A stretch of DNA of 45,301 nt from Gammaproteobacteria bacterium (GCA_022712755.1 JAFLJY010000279.1:1-45301); one strand, 5' to 3'; positions 16,792-25,881 are shown, counted from the first letter of the stretch. Program-made: numbers and translations. Notes: generated from the letters alone by a model not told the origin.

Positions 16792-18518
16792 TGGCTCGCT
16801 TTTATCGGCTTGCTTTTATCGGCTAATAGCCTGGACAATTCACTAATGCGCTTTTTCACAGCTTCACGTGAGAAACTACTCTGATTGCTTTTAGACTTAA
16901 GCAAACTCGCTTCATAAAATTTAACTGCTTGCTGTTGTTTGCCCAACTGATCCAAACTCACCGCAAGATTAAAAACATAATCTGCACTTTCATTATTATG
17001 TTGCCAGGCATTAAAATAATATTGTTGTGCAGATTTCCAGTTATTCTGCTGCGCATAAATATTACCCAGTGCAAAATTAAGGTGATGCGCATTCGGGTTC
17101 TTCTGTAGTACAGATAGTAAATATTCTTTATCAGCAGGCGAAGATTGCTTATCAGGCAAATTTGACAGTGCTGCCAGTGCAGCTATCGCAATGGAATCAC
17201 GAGGATCCAGTTCTAATAGTGTTAAATAAATATTCTGTGCTAGCTGATGATTTTTTTCGATAACCGCTATCGCAGCCAACCCTAGCAATGCGTCCCGGTT
17301 GTTTTCTTCGAGTAATAAAACAGATTGATATAATGTTGCGGCTTCACCATAGCGGGCATTTTCATAAGCCAACCAGGCTGTGTCGAGCTGTTCTCCAACA
17401 GGATCAGCCTTTTTTGTTTTTTGTATTGAGACTGCGGATGCTGTGGCTTTTGATGCTGAGACTATTGGTGTTGCGGCTTTATCGCTTGCTAATTTATTTT
17501 TGGCGATCGTATCGGCGTGACTATCTGCCTGCTGTTTCGGGATCGAAGTTGCCTGACTCACCACCGAGTTATCCGCCTGGTTAGTCGCTTGAGTAATAGA
17601 TTGTTCTGCAATAAGTTGCTGCTTTGCAAGCAATACTTTTTCTTCAAGATCGGCATCACTCACCAGGTTACGAATAATTTCTGATTTTACAGGTATTGTT
17701 TCATCGTTTGTTTTAGAACGCATAGCCTGCATTGCAATCTGGTGCTTGCGTTCTAACAGTCTAATTTCTTCCTGCATGTCTTTATAATAAAACATGCCGC
17801 CAGAAACCAGTACGCCGAGGCTAATAATTAAAATGCTGAAAACCAGGGCTCTTCTACCTTTTTTTACTTCACGGTTGGTTTTATATATCAGCATTGATAA
17901 GGCTTCGTCTGACAGGCTTTCGCCACTGTAGCCGTTGCCGTTATTTTTTTTCTCTAAACTTAATCCTTCTGTTTCTATGCTTTTACCGTCATTAAAATGA
18001 GCCTTTTCTAAATGACTATGATTATAGATTTCATCCTCATCAAGCATTAACTCTTCATTGCCATCCTGTCTATCATCCATGCCCTGCAAACTTAATTCTG
18101 CAGTCGCCAGAATCGCTTCATCACTTGCCCGGGTTTTATCATTTGCATCCTTAGGTTCGTTAATCGCACCGTCTTCCTGGCTCTTTGCGAAATACCGTCC
18201 ATCCATGGACATAACCGCACCGCCTTCCTGGCTCTTTGCGCCACTATGTAAACATCGCCGTCCATCCATGGACATAATCGCACCGCCATCCGTGGCTCCT
18301 TGCGAAATACCGTCCTTCCTGGACATAATCGCACCGCCATCCGTGGCTCCTTGCGAAATACCGTCCTTCCTGGACATAACAGCACGTCCGTGTGTCACTG
18401 CTCTCTGCTCAGACATTGATGAAATTTCGTTTATTTCATCCGAACCTGCCTGTTCAAGCTGCAACGCTTTTTGTTTATCGTCCGCCGCTTTTTTCAGGGC
18501 ATCCAGTAGTAAACTCAC
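16788..18518 (-). CDS. mshN: TPR-repeat bitopic assembly protein, MshN-like, carrying an in-frame repeat insertion
   Basis: 576 aa. N-terminus MSLLLDALKKA..., TM ALVFSILIISLGVLVSGGMFYY (about residues 225-245), and C-terminal TPR repeats. Its stop overlaps the mshE start by 4 nt. Confidence 0.7.
   Translation of the reverse strand: MSLLLDALKKAADDKQKALQLEQAGSDEINEISSMSEQRAVTHGRAVMSRKDGISQGATDGGAIMSRKDGISQGATDGGAIMSMDGRRCLHSGAKSQEGGAVMSMDGRYFAKSQEDGAINEPKDANDKTRASDEAILATAELSLQGMDDRQDGNEELMLDEDEIYNHSHLEKAHFNDGKSIETEGLSLEKKNNGNGYSGESLSDEALSMLIYKTNREVKKGRRALVFSILIISLGVLVSGGMFYYKDMQEEIRLLERKHQIAMQAMRSKTNDETIPVKSEIIRNLVSDADLEEKVLLAKQQLIAEQSITQATNQADNSVVSQATSIPKQQADSHADTIAKNKLASDKAATPIVSASKATASAVSIQKTKKADPVGEQLDTAWLAYENARYGEAATLYQSVLLLEENNRDALLGLAAIAVIEKNHQLAQNIYLTLLELDPRDSIAIAALAALSNLPDKQSSPADKEYLLSVLQKNPNAHHLNFALGNIYAQQNNWKSAQQYYFNAWQHNNESADYVFNLAVSLDQLGKQQQAVKFYEASLLKSKSNQSSFSREAVKKRISELSRLLADKSKPIKASQ
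18139..18399. repeat. Hairpin-unit repeat element, amplified intragenic copy (head + 4 tandem units of 51/63/51/51 nt + tail)
   Basis: Units occupy 18164-18214, 18215-18277, 18278-18328 and 18329-18379, and the last two are identical. The head and tail match 5034-5142. The total length is 261 nt, or 87 codons. Confidence 0.9.
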
Positions 18519-18553
18519 TATAATAAACTCATGATTTTGTCTTATGCCTTATT

Positions 18554-20245
18554 TTAGGGCGAGTCTACGGCAAGATTATTTGATGTTTCCTGCTGCAGGT
18601 CTTCTAACAAATATTTTTTATAATCTGCTAAATCGCCATCAAGACTGGCATCTTGCATAACCACCGGACGAATAAAAATAACCAGTTCAGATTTAATATA
18701 TTCTTCATCAGTAAAAGAAAACAAAGCACCTAAAAATGGAATGCTGGATAAAATGGGCACACCACGATTTTCTTTATTGATTTGATCCTGCATCAAACCA
18801 CCGATAACAGCGGTTTCTCCATTATTGATTTTTAACATGGTTTCAATTTCCCTAACCTGAATAACGGGTATCTGGCTAACCACGCCCTGCTCCGCCAGTA
18901 GCGGATTCGGGTCATTTACAAAACGTATAATTCTTGAAATAGTGGGTCGTACATTCATGGTTACGACTTGCTCTTCATCAATATAGGGCGTGACCGCCAT
19001 AACAAAACCAACTGGGACTGTATTTACCGTTGTGTCTACCGTAGTCAATGCATCTGTGTTCTGATTACCGGGAACAACATTGACATCGATATTGAAATAT
19101 ACTTCATTATCGACCACTTTTAGTATTGCGGTCTGGTTGTTTAATGCCATTACTTTCGGGCTTGATAACACTTTGACGTCGCCAAAGGTTTCTAATGCTT
19201 TTAAAGTAATATTCAGTGGGTTGCCATTAATGCTTCCGGTTGTTGCCAGCTGAAAGAAGGGTGAAGCACCCAGAGCGCCTCCGATAACATCCTGTATACC
19301 CCCCTTTGCTAATACCGTCTGACCACCGACAGTTGTGGTTTCACTAATTAGAGACCAGTCGATACCGGCCTGGTAATGATCACTTAAACGCACTTCGGCA
19401 ACGGTAGCTTCTATTAATACCTGACGCTGTACATTACCAACAACCCGGTCAATAAAGTTTTTAATGGTTTTATGCATCTTTGCTGTGGCGCGCACGGCAA
19501 TAACGCCGGCTTCACGGTTGACGATAATATTGTTACCCGTTGCCATACGAGAACCTGAGCCACCCTTTATTTCCTCGCCTAATAAACCCGCTATATTGCG
19601 CGACAGGGTTGTCCAGAATTCATTAACACTCTTGTTTTCAATTTCTGAACTGGCTTTATTGTCACTACCGCTGCTGCCACCACCACCTTTCTTTTGTATG
19701 CCTGTACTGGTGGCGCCGATCTCTGTTGATACACTTACGCTACCGCTACTGGAGCGGTCGATATTTAAATAATTGATATTGTAGCTGTGCAGATACGGCT
19801 TATCTGCCATCACTTTCAGCGTATTACCTTCAACAAAATAGACAATATCAGTCTGCGACGCAATTCGGTCTAAAATTTTCGGCAAGGTCTGATCTATCGC
19901 ATTCATCGTGATCTTGCCTTTGATATTGTTATCAATATCCAGATTCAGTTCGGCATCTCTTGCCATGGAAAATAATAATTCACGAATCGGCACCTGATTG
20001 ACGACAACGGTATAGGTTTCCAGTTTTTCGCGTTTTCCGGGGCGCGGCAAAACCGGCACCCGGGTTACTGGCAATGGGATATTTGTTTTTTTCTCTGCTG
20101 CTTCATCAACTTTTGATTTGATATGCCCTTCTGAAATTGTCGGTGGATTGGTAGCACCACAGGCGACAACAAGAACGGCTGTCGCTACCGCGAAACTATA
20201 TTGTAAGATTTGTTTACTAAATTCAGGTTTTTTTATTTTTATCAT
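18554..20245 (-). CDS. mshL: Lipoprotein secretin, MshL-like
   Basis: 563 aa with a lipobox LVVAC, secretin N-domains and a C-terminal secretin core (...GVPILSSIPFLGALF). Confidence 0.9.
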   Translation of the reverse strand: MIKIKKPEFSKQILQYSFAVATAVLVVACGATNPPTISEGHIKSKVDEAAEKKTNIPLPVTRVPVLPRPGKREKLETYTVVVNQVPIRELLFSMARDAELNLDIDNNIKGKITMNAIDQTLPKILDRIASQTDIVYFVEGNTLKVMADKPYLHSYNINYLNIDRSSSGSVSVSTEIGATSTGIQKKGGGGSSGSDNKASSEIENKSVNEFWTTLSRNIAGLLGEEIKGGSGSRMATGNNIIVNREAGVIAVRATAKMHKTIKNFIDRVVGNVQRQVLIEATVAEVRLSDHYQAGIDWSLISETTTVGGQTVLAKGGIQDVIGGALGASPFFQLATTGSINGNPLNITLKALETFGDVKVLSSPKVMALNNQTAILKVVDNEVYFNIDVNVVPGNQNTDALTTVDTTVNTVPVGFVMAVTPYIDEEQVVTMNVRPTISRIIRFVNDPNPLLAEQGVVSQIPVIQVREIETMLKINNGETAVIGGLMQDQINKENRGVPILSSIPFLGALFSFTDEEYIKSELVIFIRPVVMQDASLDGDLADYKKYLLEDLQQETSNNLAVDSP

Positions 20246-20290
20246 TTTATGGGTTTGCTAAATTCAGGTTTAACCAACGTAGTCGAAATT

Positions 20291-21784
20291 TTATTGTGTT
20301 GCTGCGGTCATTTTCACCTGGTCTTTTTTTAATGTGCTGATGCGACGTAAATAAGGATCACTTGCTTTTAAAGAAGAAGGTAGCGTTCTCAGCGTTTCAA
20401 TAGCCTTATCGCGAGTGTCAAAATCGTTGTACAGTACGCCGTACCATGCACGCCCGTTTATTACTGTTTCATAGAGGTAAACCCGGGTAAAATCAAGCGT
20501 TGCGGGGGTATCGCGTAGAAATGCTTCGACTTTATCCGCATCAATGGTTCGCGCCAAAAATAGCTGAATGCTATAGTGATTGCCTGCCGTCTCATGCAGC
20601 CATTGTCTGGTTATTTCCAGGCGCTCGGTTATGCTGTCAGGTGCAACTTTTTTCTGCTCATTATTATTTTTTACTGGCGGATGTTGAATACTCACTGCCG
20701 GCGAAACCGCTGCTTGTTGTGCGTTAGTCACAGGCATCTGTTTTAATGGTTGCAGCGCTACTGAGTCCGGCTTTTTCGGGTCATTATTTATTCGCTCTGA
20801 CTTTACTGATGCCGGCTTTATTAATGTTGGCTTTATTAAGGCTGTCTCCGCCTGGCTGAAAATACCCAGATGGTTACTTCCCATATAATAACCGCTAGTT
20901 AACGCAAGGATGACTAAAATAAAACCACCAGCAAGGTATAAGTTATTCTTATTCTGGCTAACTTTGTGGCCGATTTTATTAAATTCGCTATCCAGCGCAG
21001 CTGACTTTATGTGTGACGGGGTGACGGTATGACTGCCTTCTGAATATGCCGCCATTAATGATTTGTCGGCAATAATATTTATTCGCCGTGTTAACCCATC
21101 AGAATATTTTTTTACTACACCTGCCGTTTTTTTATTAAATATATCCGGACCTTTATAGCCGACTGCACGTAAGCGGAAATTCAGATACTGCAAGGTATCC
21201 TCCGGCGCAAACGGTGATAAATTAAAGCTATGGGTAATACGTTCTTTTAGCTGGCGTATATGTGGCTGGGCAAGTTTTTCATCCAGTTCAGGCTGACCAA
21301 ACAATACCATCTGTAATAATTTGTTTTCATCTGTTTCCAGATTGCTTAACAGCCGAATCTCTTCCAGCGTTTCTATCGGCATGCTCTGCGCTTCTTCAAC
21401 AAACAGGACCACCTGTCGATTGTCAGCATGTTTTTTTAACAGATACGTCTGTATCTGCTGCATGATAGTTACTTTATTCGTCTCACCCTTTACATCGAGA
21501 TGTAATTCATGTGCGATGACTTGCAGAATATTGTCGGGGGACAGGCTTGGATTGGCGATGTAAATGACATCAACATTACCGGATAATCTGACTTCCAGCA
21601 TGCGGCACAACATGGTTTTACCACTACCCACTTCACCGACAACTTTAATGATACCTTCGCCGCTGTTAATGGCATACATTAATGCCTCTAACGCCGCACC
21701 GCGCTGACTGCCTTCAAAAAACAGACTGGTATCCGGGGTAATTTTAAAAGGCGGGCGACTTAGGCCAAAAAACTCCTGGTACAT
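20291..21784 (-). CDS. mshM: ExeA/MshM-type AAA+ ATPase with TM and C-terminal SPOR-like domain
   Basis: 497 aa. N-terminus MYQEFFGLSRPPF, Walker A GEVGSGKTM, Walker B VLFVEEAQ, and a TM at about residues 283-303. The C-terminus (YSIQLF...WYGVLYNDF) is SPOR-like. Confidence 0.85.
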   Translation of the reverse strand: MYQEFFGLSRPPFKITPDTSLFFEGSQRGAALEALMYAINSGEGIIKVVGEVGSGKTMLCRMLEVRLSGNVDVIYIANPSLSPDNILQVIAHELHLDVKGETNKVTIMQQIQTYLLKKHADNRQVVLFVEEAQSMPIETLEEIRLLSNLETDENKLLQMVLFGQPELDEKLAQPHIRQLKERITHSFNLSPFAPEDTLQYLNFRLRAVGYKGPDIFNKKTAGVVKKYSDGLTRRINIIADKSLMAAYSEGSHTVTPSHIKSAALDSEFNKIGHKVSQNKNNLYLAGGFILVILALTSGYYMGSNHLGIFSQAETALIKPTLIKPASVKSERINNDPKKPDSVALQPLKQMPVTNAQQAAVSPAVSIQHPPVKNNNEQKKVAPDSITERLEITRQWLHETAGNHYSIQLFLARTIDADKVEAFLRDTPATLDFTRVYLYETVINGRAWYGVLYNDFDTRDKAIETLRTLPSSLKASDPYLRRISTLKKDQVKMTAATQ

Positions 21785-21844
21785 TAGCTATCCATCAATT
21801 TGATTCTGCCAGGCATCATGAGACTGACTGCGGACAATCTCCTG

Positions 21845-22004
21845 GGAGCTTGTCCGCGAATAGAAATCGTAGCGAGGGGAAGCTGATTTGAGTCAGATTT
21901 TTTCATTATTTGAGGAGAATATAGGTATATTTAACGAAAATAATGGAAAAATCTGGCCAAATTCAGCTTTTCCGCAGTAGGTTCTCTATTCTCGGACAAG
22001 CTCC
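21845..22004. repeat. Long imperfect inverted repeat (about 66-nt arms, 28-nt loop), MITE-like
   Basis: Arm 21845-21910 (GGAGCTTGTCCGCGAATAG...) pairs with the reverse complement of 21939-22004 at most positions. It lies between the response-regulator stop and the mshM-like start. Confidence 0.8.
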
Positions 22005-23446
22005 TAGGTTCCATGTTTTTGCACACGACTATATAATGTTGTACGATTAATCTTTAATGCACTTGCCGCTTTACTAACATTGTTGTCGTGCATTTCCAGG
22101 GCGATTCGAATGCAGCGACTTTCAATCTCGTCGATAAGTTTATCCAGATCAAATTCATCTGCACGTATTTTCTGCATAATCATTTCATCACTCACTGAAG
22201 TCGCATTTTCTACCAGTTTGGTGGCCGACAACTGAGTCTCCAGCTCATCCATTAATTGTGCTTTATTAACACTTTGCCCTGGGTATTTTGTACCCAGACG
22301 GATAACGATATTCCTTAACTCGCGCACGTTGCCCGGATAATCATATTGCTGCCAAAGTTCTCTGGCACTTTCATCAAGGACAAAAGGCGAAACCGTATCT
22401 GCATACATTTCAATAAAGGTGTTTAACAACAGAAAAACATCATCACCTCTTAAACTGAGTGATGGCAGCTGAATATTCAGGATGCTTAGCCGATGATATA
22501 AATCATTTCTGAAGTTGCCGTTTTTCACTTCTTCAGACAGGTTTTTGTTGGTTGCCGCCAGTATTCTTGCCTGCGAATGCAGCTCTCTGGTTTCACCAAC
22601 GCGATAAAACTCGCCACTCTCTATAACACGCAGGAGTTTACCCTGTAACGGCAACGGTAACTCACCAATTTCATCCAGTAGCAAGGTGCCTTTGCCAACC
22701 TCCATAAAAAAGCCCTTATGCGCCTGTGTCGCACCGGTAAACGCACCTTTGGCATGACCAAATAATTGTGCCTCCAGTAAATCCGGCGCTATCGCTGCAC
22801 AGTTAATCGCCATATAAGGCTCACCACTGCGTTTACTGTTCTCGTGTAAAGCGCGGGCAACCAGCTCTTTTCCAGTGCCGGATGCGCCTTCAAGCAACAC
22901 TGGGAAAGGGGAGTCGGCAAATTGTGAAATCTGATTGTTCACCATTTGCATAGCAATACTATCGCCAATAATCGAAACCGTTTTTTGCGCATCACGCTGC
23001 TGGTCAATTTCGTGTAGACGCTGATGATGCTGCAAACGTGCCAGCAACAGCTCAGGTTCTGCCGGTTTGGCAATAAAATCAACCGCACCGATTGTAAGTG
23101 CGTGCTGGATATTTACGTCATTATCCTGACCCGATAATACCAGGACTTTCATGTTCGGCTGCAATGACAATAACTCACGGATAAGGGCAAAACCTTCATC
23201 CGGTTTATGTGGATAGGGCGGCAGGCCAAGATCTATCAAAGCCAAACCGGGCAGACCCTTATTGTCATTAATTTTCTGGATTGCCTGGTGGCGTGACTCA
23301 GCAGTGATGAGATTATATTGTTTGCGCAGCATAAAACCCAAACCTTCAATAATCAAAGGATCATCATCTACCAGTAATAAACAGGCGGGTGTTTTTACTG
23401 AAGCGCCAGCATCGGCCGCTATGTCTTGTTGCTCATTTTCTTGCAT
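22004..23446 (-). CDS. Sigma-54-dependent response regulator (PrsR-like receiver signature)
   Basis: Receiver LLVDDDPLI...IDLGLPPYPHKPDEGFALIRELL, AAA+ core GASGTGKE with GAFTGA, and a C-terminal HTH. The start is placed at MQENEQQ (ATG 23446) with a GGGGA Shine-Dalgarno sequence. The ORF-track start at 23524 is probably too long. Confidence 0.9.
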   Translation of the reverse strand: MQENEQQDIAADAGASVKTPACLLLVDDDPLIIEGLGFMLRKQYNLITAESRHQAIQKINDNKGLPGLALIDLGLPPYPHKPDEGFALIRELLSLQPNMKVLVLSGQDNDVNIQHALTIGAVDFIAKPAEPELLLARLQHHQRLHEIDQQRDAQKTVSIIGDSIAMQMVNNQISQFADSPFPVLLEGASGTGKELVARALHENSKRSGEPYMAINCAAIAPDLLEAQLFGHAKGAFTGATQAHKGFFMEVGKGTLLLDEIGELPLPLQGKLLRVIESGEFYRVGETRELHSQARILAATNKNLSEEVKNGNFRNDLYHRLSILNIQLPSLSLRGDDVFLLLNTFIEMYADTVSPFVLDESARELWQQYDYPGNVRELRNIVIRLGTKYPGQSVNKAQLMDELETQLSATKLVENATSVSDEMIMQKIRADEFDLDKLIDEIESRCIRIALEMHDNNVSKAASALKINRTTLYSRVQKHGT

Positions 23447-23466
23447 CCAATTTCCCCAAAAAACTT

Positions 23467-23482
23467 TGTCATAATTATGACA
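23467..23482. promoter_or_regulatory. Perfect 16-bp palindrome TGTCATAATTATGACA (operator-like)
   Basis: It lies 21 nt upstream of the response-regulator ATG and just downstream of an extended -10-like TGCTATATA on the minus strand. This is the divergent trmL / regulator region. Confidence 0.35.
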
Positions 23483-23569
23483 CTTTATATAGCAGAAATG
23501 TTGGCATGTTTTATCATGTCGCACTGAATTAACGGATTATTTACAAACTTGTATGCTTAAATAGGCGAT

Positions 23570-24025
23570 ATGTTTAATATTGTTCTCTACCAGCCTGAAA
23601 TCCCACCCAATACCGGCAACATTATTCGCCTTTGCGCCAATACCGGCTGTTATTTACATTTAATTGAACCGCTGGGGTTTAAGCTTGAGGATAAACAACT
23701 GCGCCGTGCCGGCCTGGACTACCACGAGTGGGCGGACATTAAAACCTACAACAGTATTGAAGAGCTTAAACCTAAACAAAGTCTTTATGCGCTGGAAACA
23801 AAAGGTAAAAAACACTACCATCAGGCACATTTTAATGCGGGTGATTATCTTTTATTTGGACCGGAAACACGCGGGCTGCCTGAAGAATATCTAAATTGGC
23901 TAGATGTTGATCATGTTCTACGCCTGCCCATGCTGGAACATAGTCGCAGTCTAAACCTTTCAAACACTGTCGCCATCGTAACCTATGAGGCATTACGGCA
24001 GAATCAGTTTGGCAGATTATATTAA
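23570..24025 (+). CDS. trmL: tRNA (cytidine/uridine-2'-O-)-methyltransferase TrmL
   Basis: 151 aa, [26 protein letters not shown]...LHLIEPLGF, a SpoU/TrmL family pattern. Confidence 0.9.
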   Translation: MFNIVLYQPEIPPNTGNIIRLCANTGCYLHLIEPLGFKLEDKQLRRAGLDYHEWADIKTYNSIEELKPKQSLYALETKGKKHYHQAHFNAGDYLLFGPETRGLPEEYLNWLDVDHVLRLPMLEHSRSLNLSNTVAIVTYEALRQNQFGRLY

Positions 24026-25038
24026 ATTGTTTCGCTTGAAGAGCTACGGCTTAACAGTGTCTGCACTGCTTCATCTATTGGGCAGTTTTCATATAGAACA
24101 CGGTAAACCTGCTCAGAAATTGGCACTTCAACATGATATTTTCGCGCCAGCTCAACCACCTCTTTTGTGGTTTTTATGCCCTCAATTGCCTGACCTATCT
24201 CTTTATGCACCTGCTCCAGCGTTTTTCCCTGCGCCAGTAACAAGCCGGTTTGTCGGTTGCGTGACTGGTTATCGGTGCAGGTCAATATTAAATCACCCAT
24301 GCCGGCCAACCCCATGAAGGTTTCACGTTTGCCGCCCATGGCTTCACCCAGGCGCATCATTTCTGCCAGGCCGCGGGTTATTAACGCAGCACGGGTATTG
24401 GCACCAAAACCCAAACCATCCGCTGCCCCTGCAGCAATGGCCAGTACATTTTTAAAGGAGCCACCCAGCTCAACACCGATAAGATCAGTGCTTAAATACA
24501 CACGAAAACGACCGCTGTGCAAATCATCACTAATCTGACTGGAAAATGATTCTGAGGTCGAGGCAACGGTAATAGAGGTGGGTAAATTTCGTGCAACCTC
24601 ACCGGCAAATGTCGGCCCTGACATCACCGCCAATTTTTTACAATGTGGCAATTCTTCGGTTATTACCTGATGAATCAGTTTGCCACTGCCCTGCTCCAGA
24701 CCTTTGCTGGCCCAGGCTATGCCGATGTTTTCAGCAAACAAATATTTATTTTTTCGTAAAAAAGAACGGTAAGCATGGCTGGGGATCGCCATCAGAATCC
24801 ACGCTGGCGATGCCAGTGCCTGCTCTATATCAGCAGTTAGTTGCAGCAGATCAGGAAAGGTGACATCGGGTAAAAACTGTTGATTGCAGCGTTGCTCTTT
24901 TAAAAGCTGAACATGATCAGCTTCATTCCCCCACAATAATACCTGATGTTCAGCCCTGGCCAGATGAACTGCCAGTGCCGTCCCCCAGGAACCCGCGCCC
25001 AGCACTACAATAGGGTGTTTTTGATCAACAAGTGACAT
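24022..25038 (-). CDS. gpsA: NAD(P)H-dependent glycerol-3-phosphate dehydrogenase
   Basis: 338 aa with the [12 protein letters not shown] Rossmann motif and full-length GpsA-like sequence. It lies downstream of secB, as in enterics. Confidence 0.95.
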   Translation of the reverse strand: MSLVDQKHPIVVLGAGSWGTALAVHLARAEHQVLLWGNEADHVQLLKEQRCNQQFLPDVTFPDLLQLTADIEQALASPAWILMAIPSHAYRSFLRKNKYLFAENIGIAWASKGLEQGSGKLIHQVITEELPHCKKLAVMSGPTFAGEVARNLPTSITVASTSESFSSQISDDLHSGRFRVYLSTDLIGVELGGSFKNVLAIAAGAADGLGFGANTRAALITRGLAEMMRLGEAMGGKRETFMGLAGMGDLILTCTDNQSRNRQTGLLLAQGKTLEQVHKEIGQAIEGIKTTKEVVELARKYHVEVPISEQVYRVLYENCPIDEAVQTLLSRSSSSETI

Positions 25039-25177
25039 GTTTTGTAACTACTCAGCGAATATTAAAAATTAACAGCAACAGCTCAGATTACCCTGTTTTT
25101 ATGTGGCATCCCAGGACATACCGTCCAACTATTTACAAGTAACTTTTACAGGGCTTTATCATACAAACAATTAATTA

Positions 25178-25240
25178 TTTACATGGATTCACAGGATAAA
25201 TAAAATAAAAAATCCTGTTTATCCTGTCCATCCATGTAAA
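25178..25240. repeat. 23-nt inverted repeat TTTACATGGAT(TC/GG)ACAGGATAAA
   Basis: Arms 25178-25200 and 25218-25240 have 2 mismatches. The repeat sits between secB and gpsA and contains the CATCCATG motif seen in other repeats. Confidence 0.7.
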
Positions 25241-25292
25241 GTTTTTTCTAAATTGAAGTTACTTAGAAGTGACAGGTAACTACAGCAACCTC

Positions 25293-25790
25293 TTAGTGTG
25301 CTACATCCTTGTCAGTCGGTGCTTCTATTGGCGCGTCTGCTTGCGCTGTGGCCTGTTGCTGCATTTGTTGGCTATACAATGCATTAAAGTTAACTGGGGC
25401 AAGCAATAATTGCGGAAAACCGCCTTTTGAGATTAACTCAGAAACCGCTTCTCTGGCATAAGGAAACAAGGTTTCAGGGCAATAGGCACCTAGCATTCCA
25501 GCCAGATTCTCCTTTGGAAACCCAGACATGGTAAAAATGCCAGCCTGTTTTACTTCGGCAAGAAAAGCCGTTTTTTCTTTGTGTTTTGCCGTTACTGTAA
25601 CTTCTAGCAGCACTTCGTAGATATTATCAGTAATAACTTGATGACTACTGTTTAACTGCACATTGATTTGCGGTTGCCAGTCACCATCGGTAAACGCCTG
25701 TGGCGAATTGGGCGACTCAAAAGAAACGTCTTTTAAATAAATTTTCTGAATAGCAAACTGCTGCTCTTCACTTATGTGCTCTTCGCTCAT
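25293..25790 (-). CDS. secB: Protein-export chaperone SecB
   Basis: 165 aa with FAIQKIYLKDVSFESPNSPQAF and an acidic C-terminal tail. Confidence 0.95.
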   Translation of the reverse strand: MSEEHISEEQQFAIQKIYLKDVSFESPNSPQAFTDGDWQPQINVQLNSSHQVITDNIYEVLLEVTVTAKHKEKTAFLAEVKQAGIFTMSGFPKENLAGMLGAYCPETLFPYAREAVSELISKGGFPQLLLAPVNFNALYSQQMQQQATAQADAPIEAPTDKDVAH

Positions 25791-25881
25791 GATTTTTCCT
25801 GATTCGGTGAATGTTATCCCTGGTTCCCTGTAAACTTAGGAACTGGAACGGTAAACTTTCTTAAAAACTTGCAGATTGAGG

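Noticed and set aside
18058-18534. Plus-strand 158-aa ORF and the second minus-frame 97-aa ORF (18092-18385) across the intragenic repeat
   Set aside because: The same repeat keeps three frames open. Only the frame continuous with the conserved MSLLLDALKKA N-terminus and the TM/TPR C-terminus is credible.
21785-22003. Search for a -24/-12 promoter in front of the mshM-like operon
   Set aside because: Every GG on the minus strand was checked for a GC 10 nt downstream. The best cases (TGGCAGAATCAAATTGA and AGGAGATTGTCCGCA) have wrong spacing or no GC. No sigma-54 promoter can be supported here.
23447-23524. N-terminal 26-codon extension of the response regulator (ORF-track start MRHDKTCQHF...)
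   Set aside because: The extension is Cys/His-rich and would run through the promoter and palindrome. The internal ATG at 23446 has a GGGGA Shine-Dalgarno sequence and leaves a normal-length receiver N-terminus.
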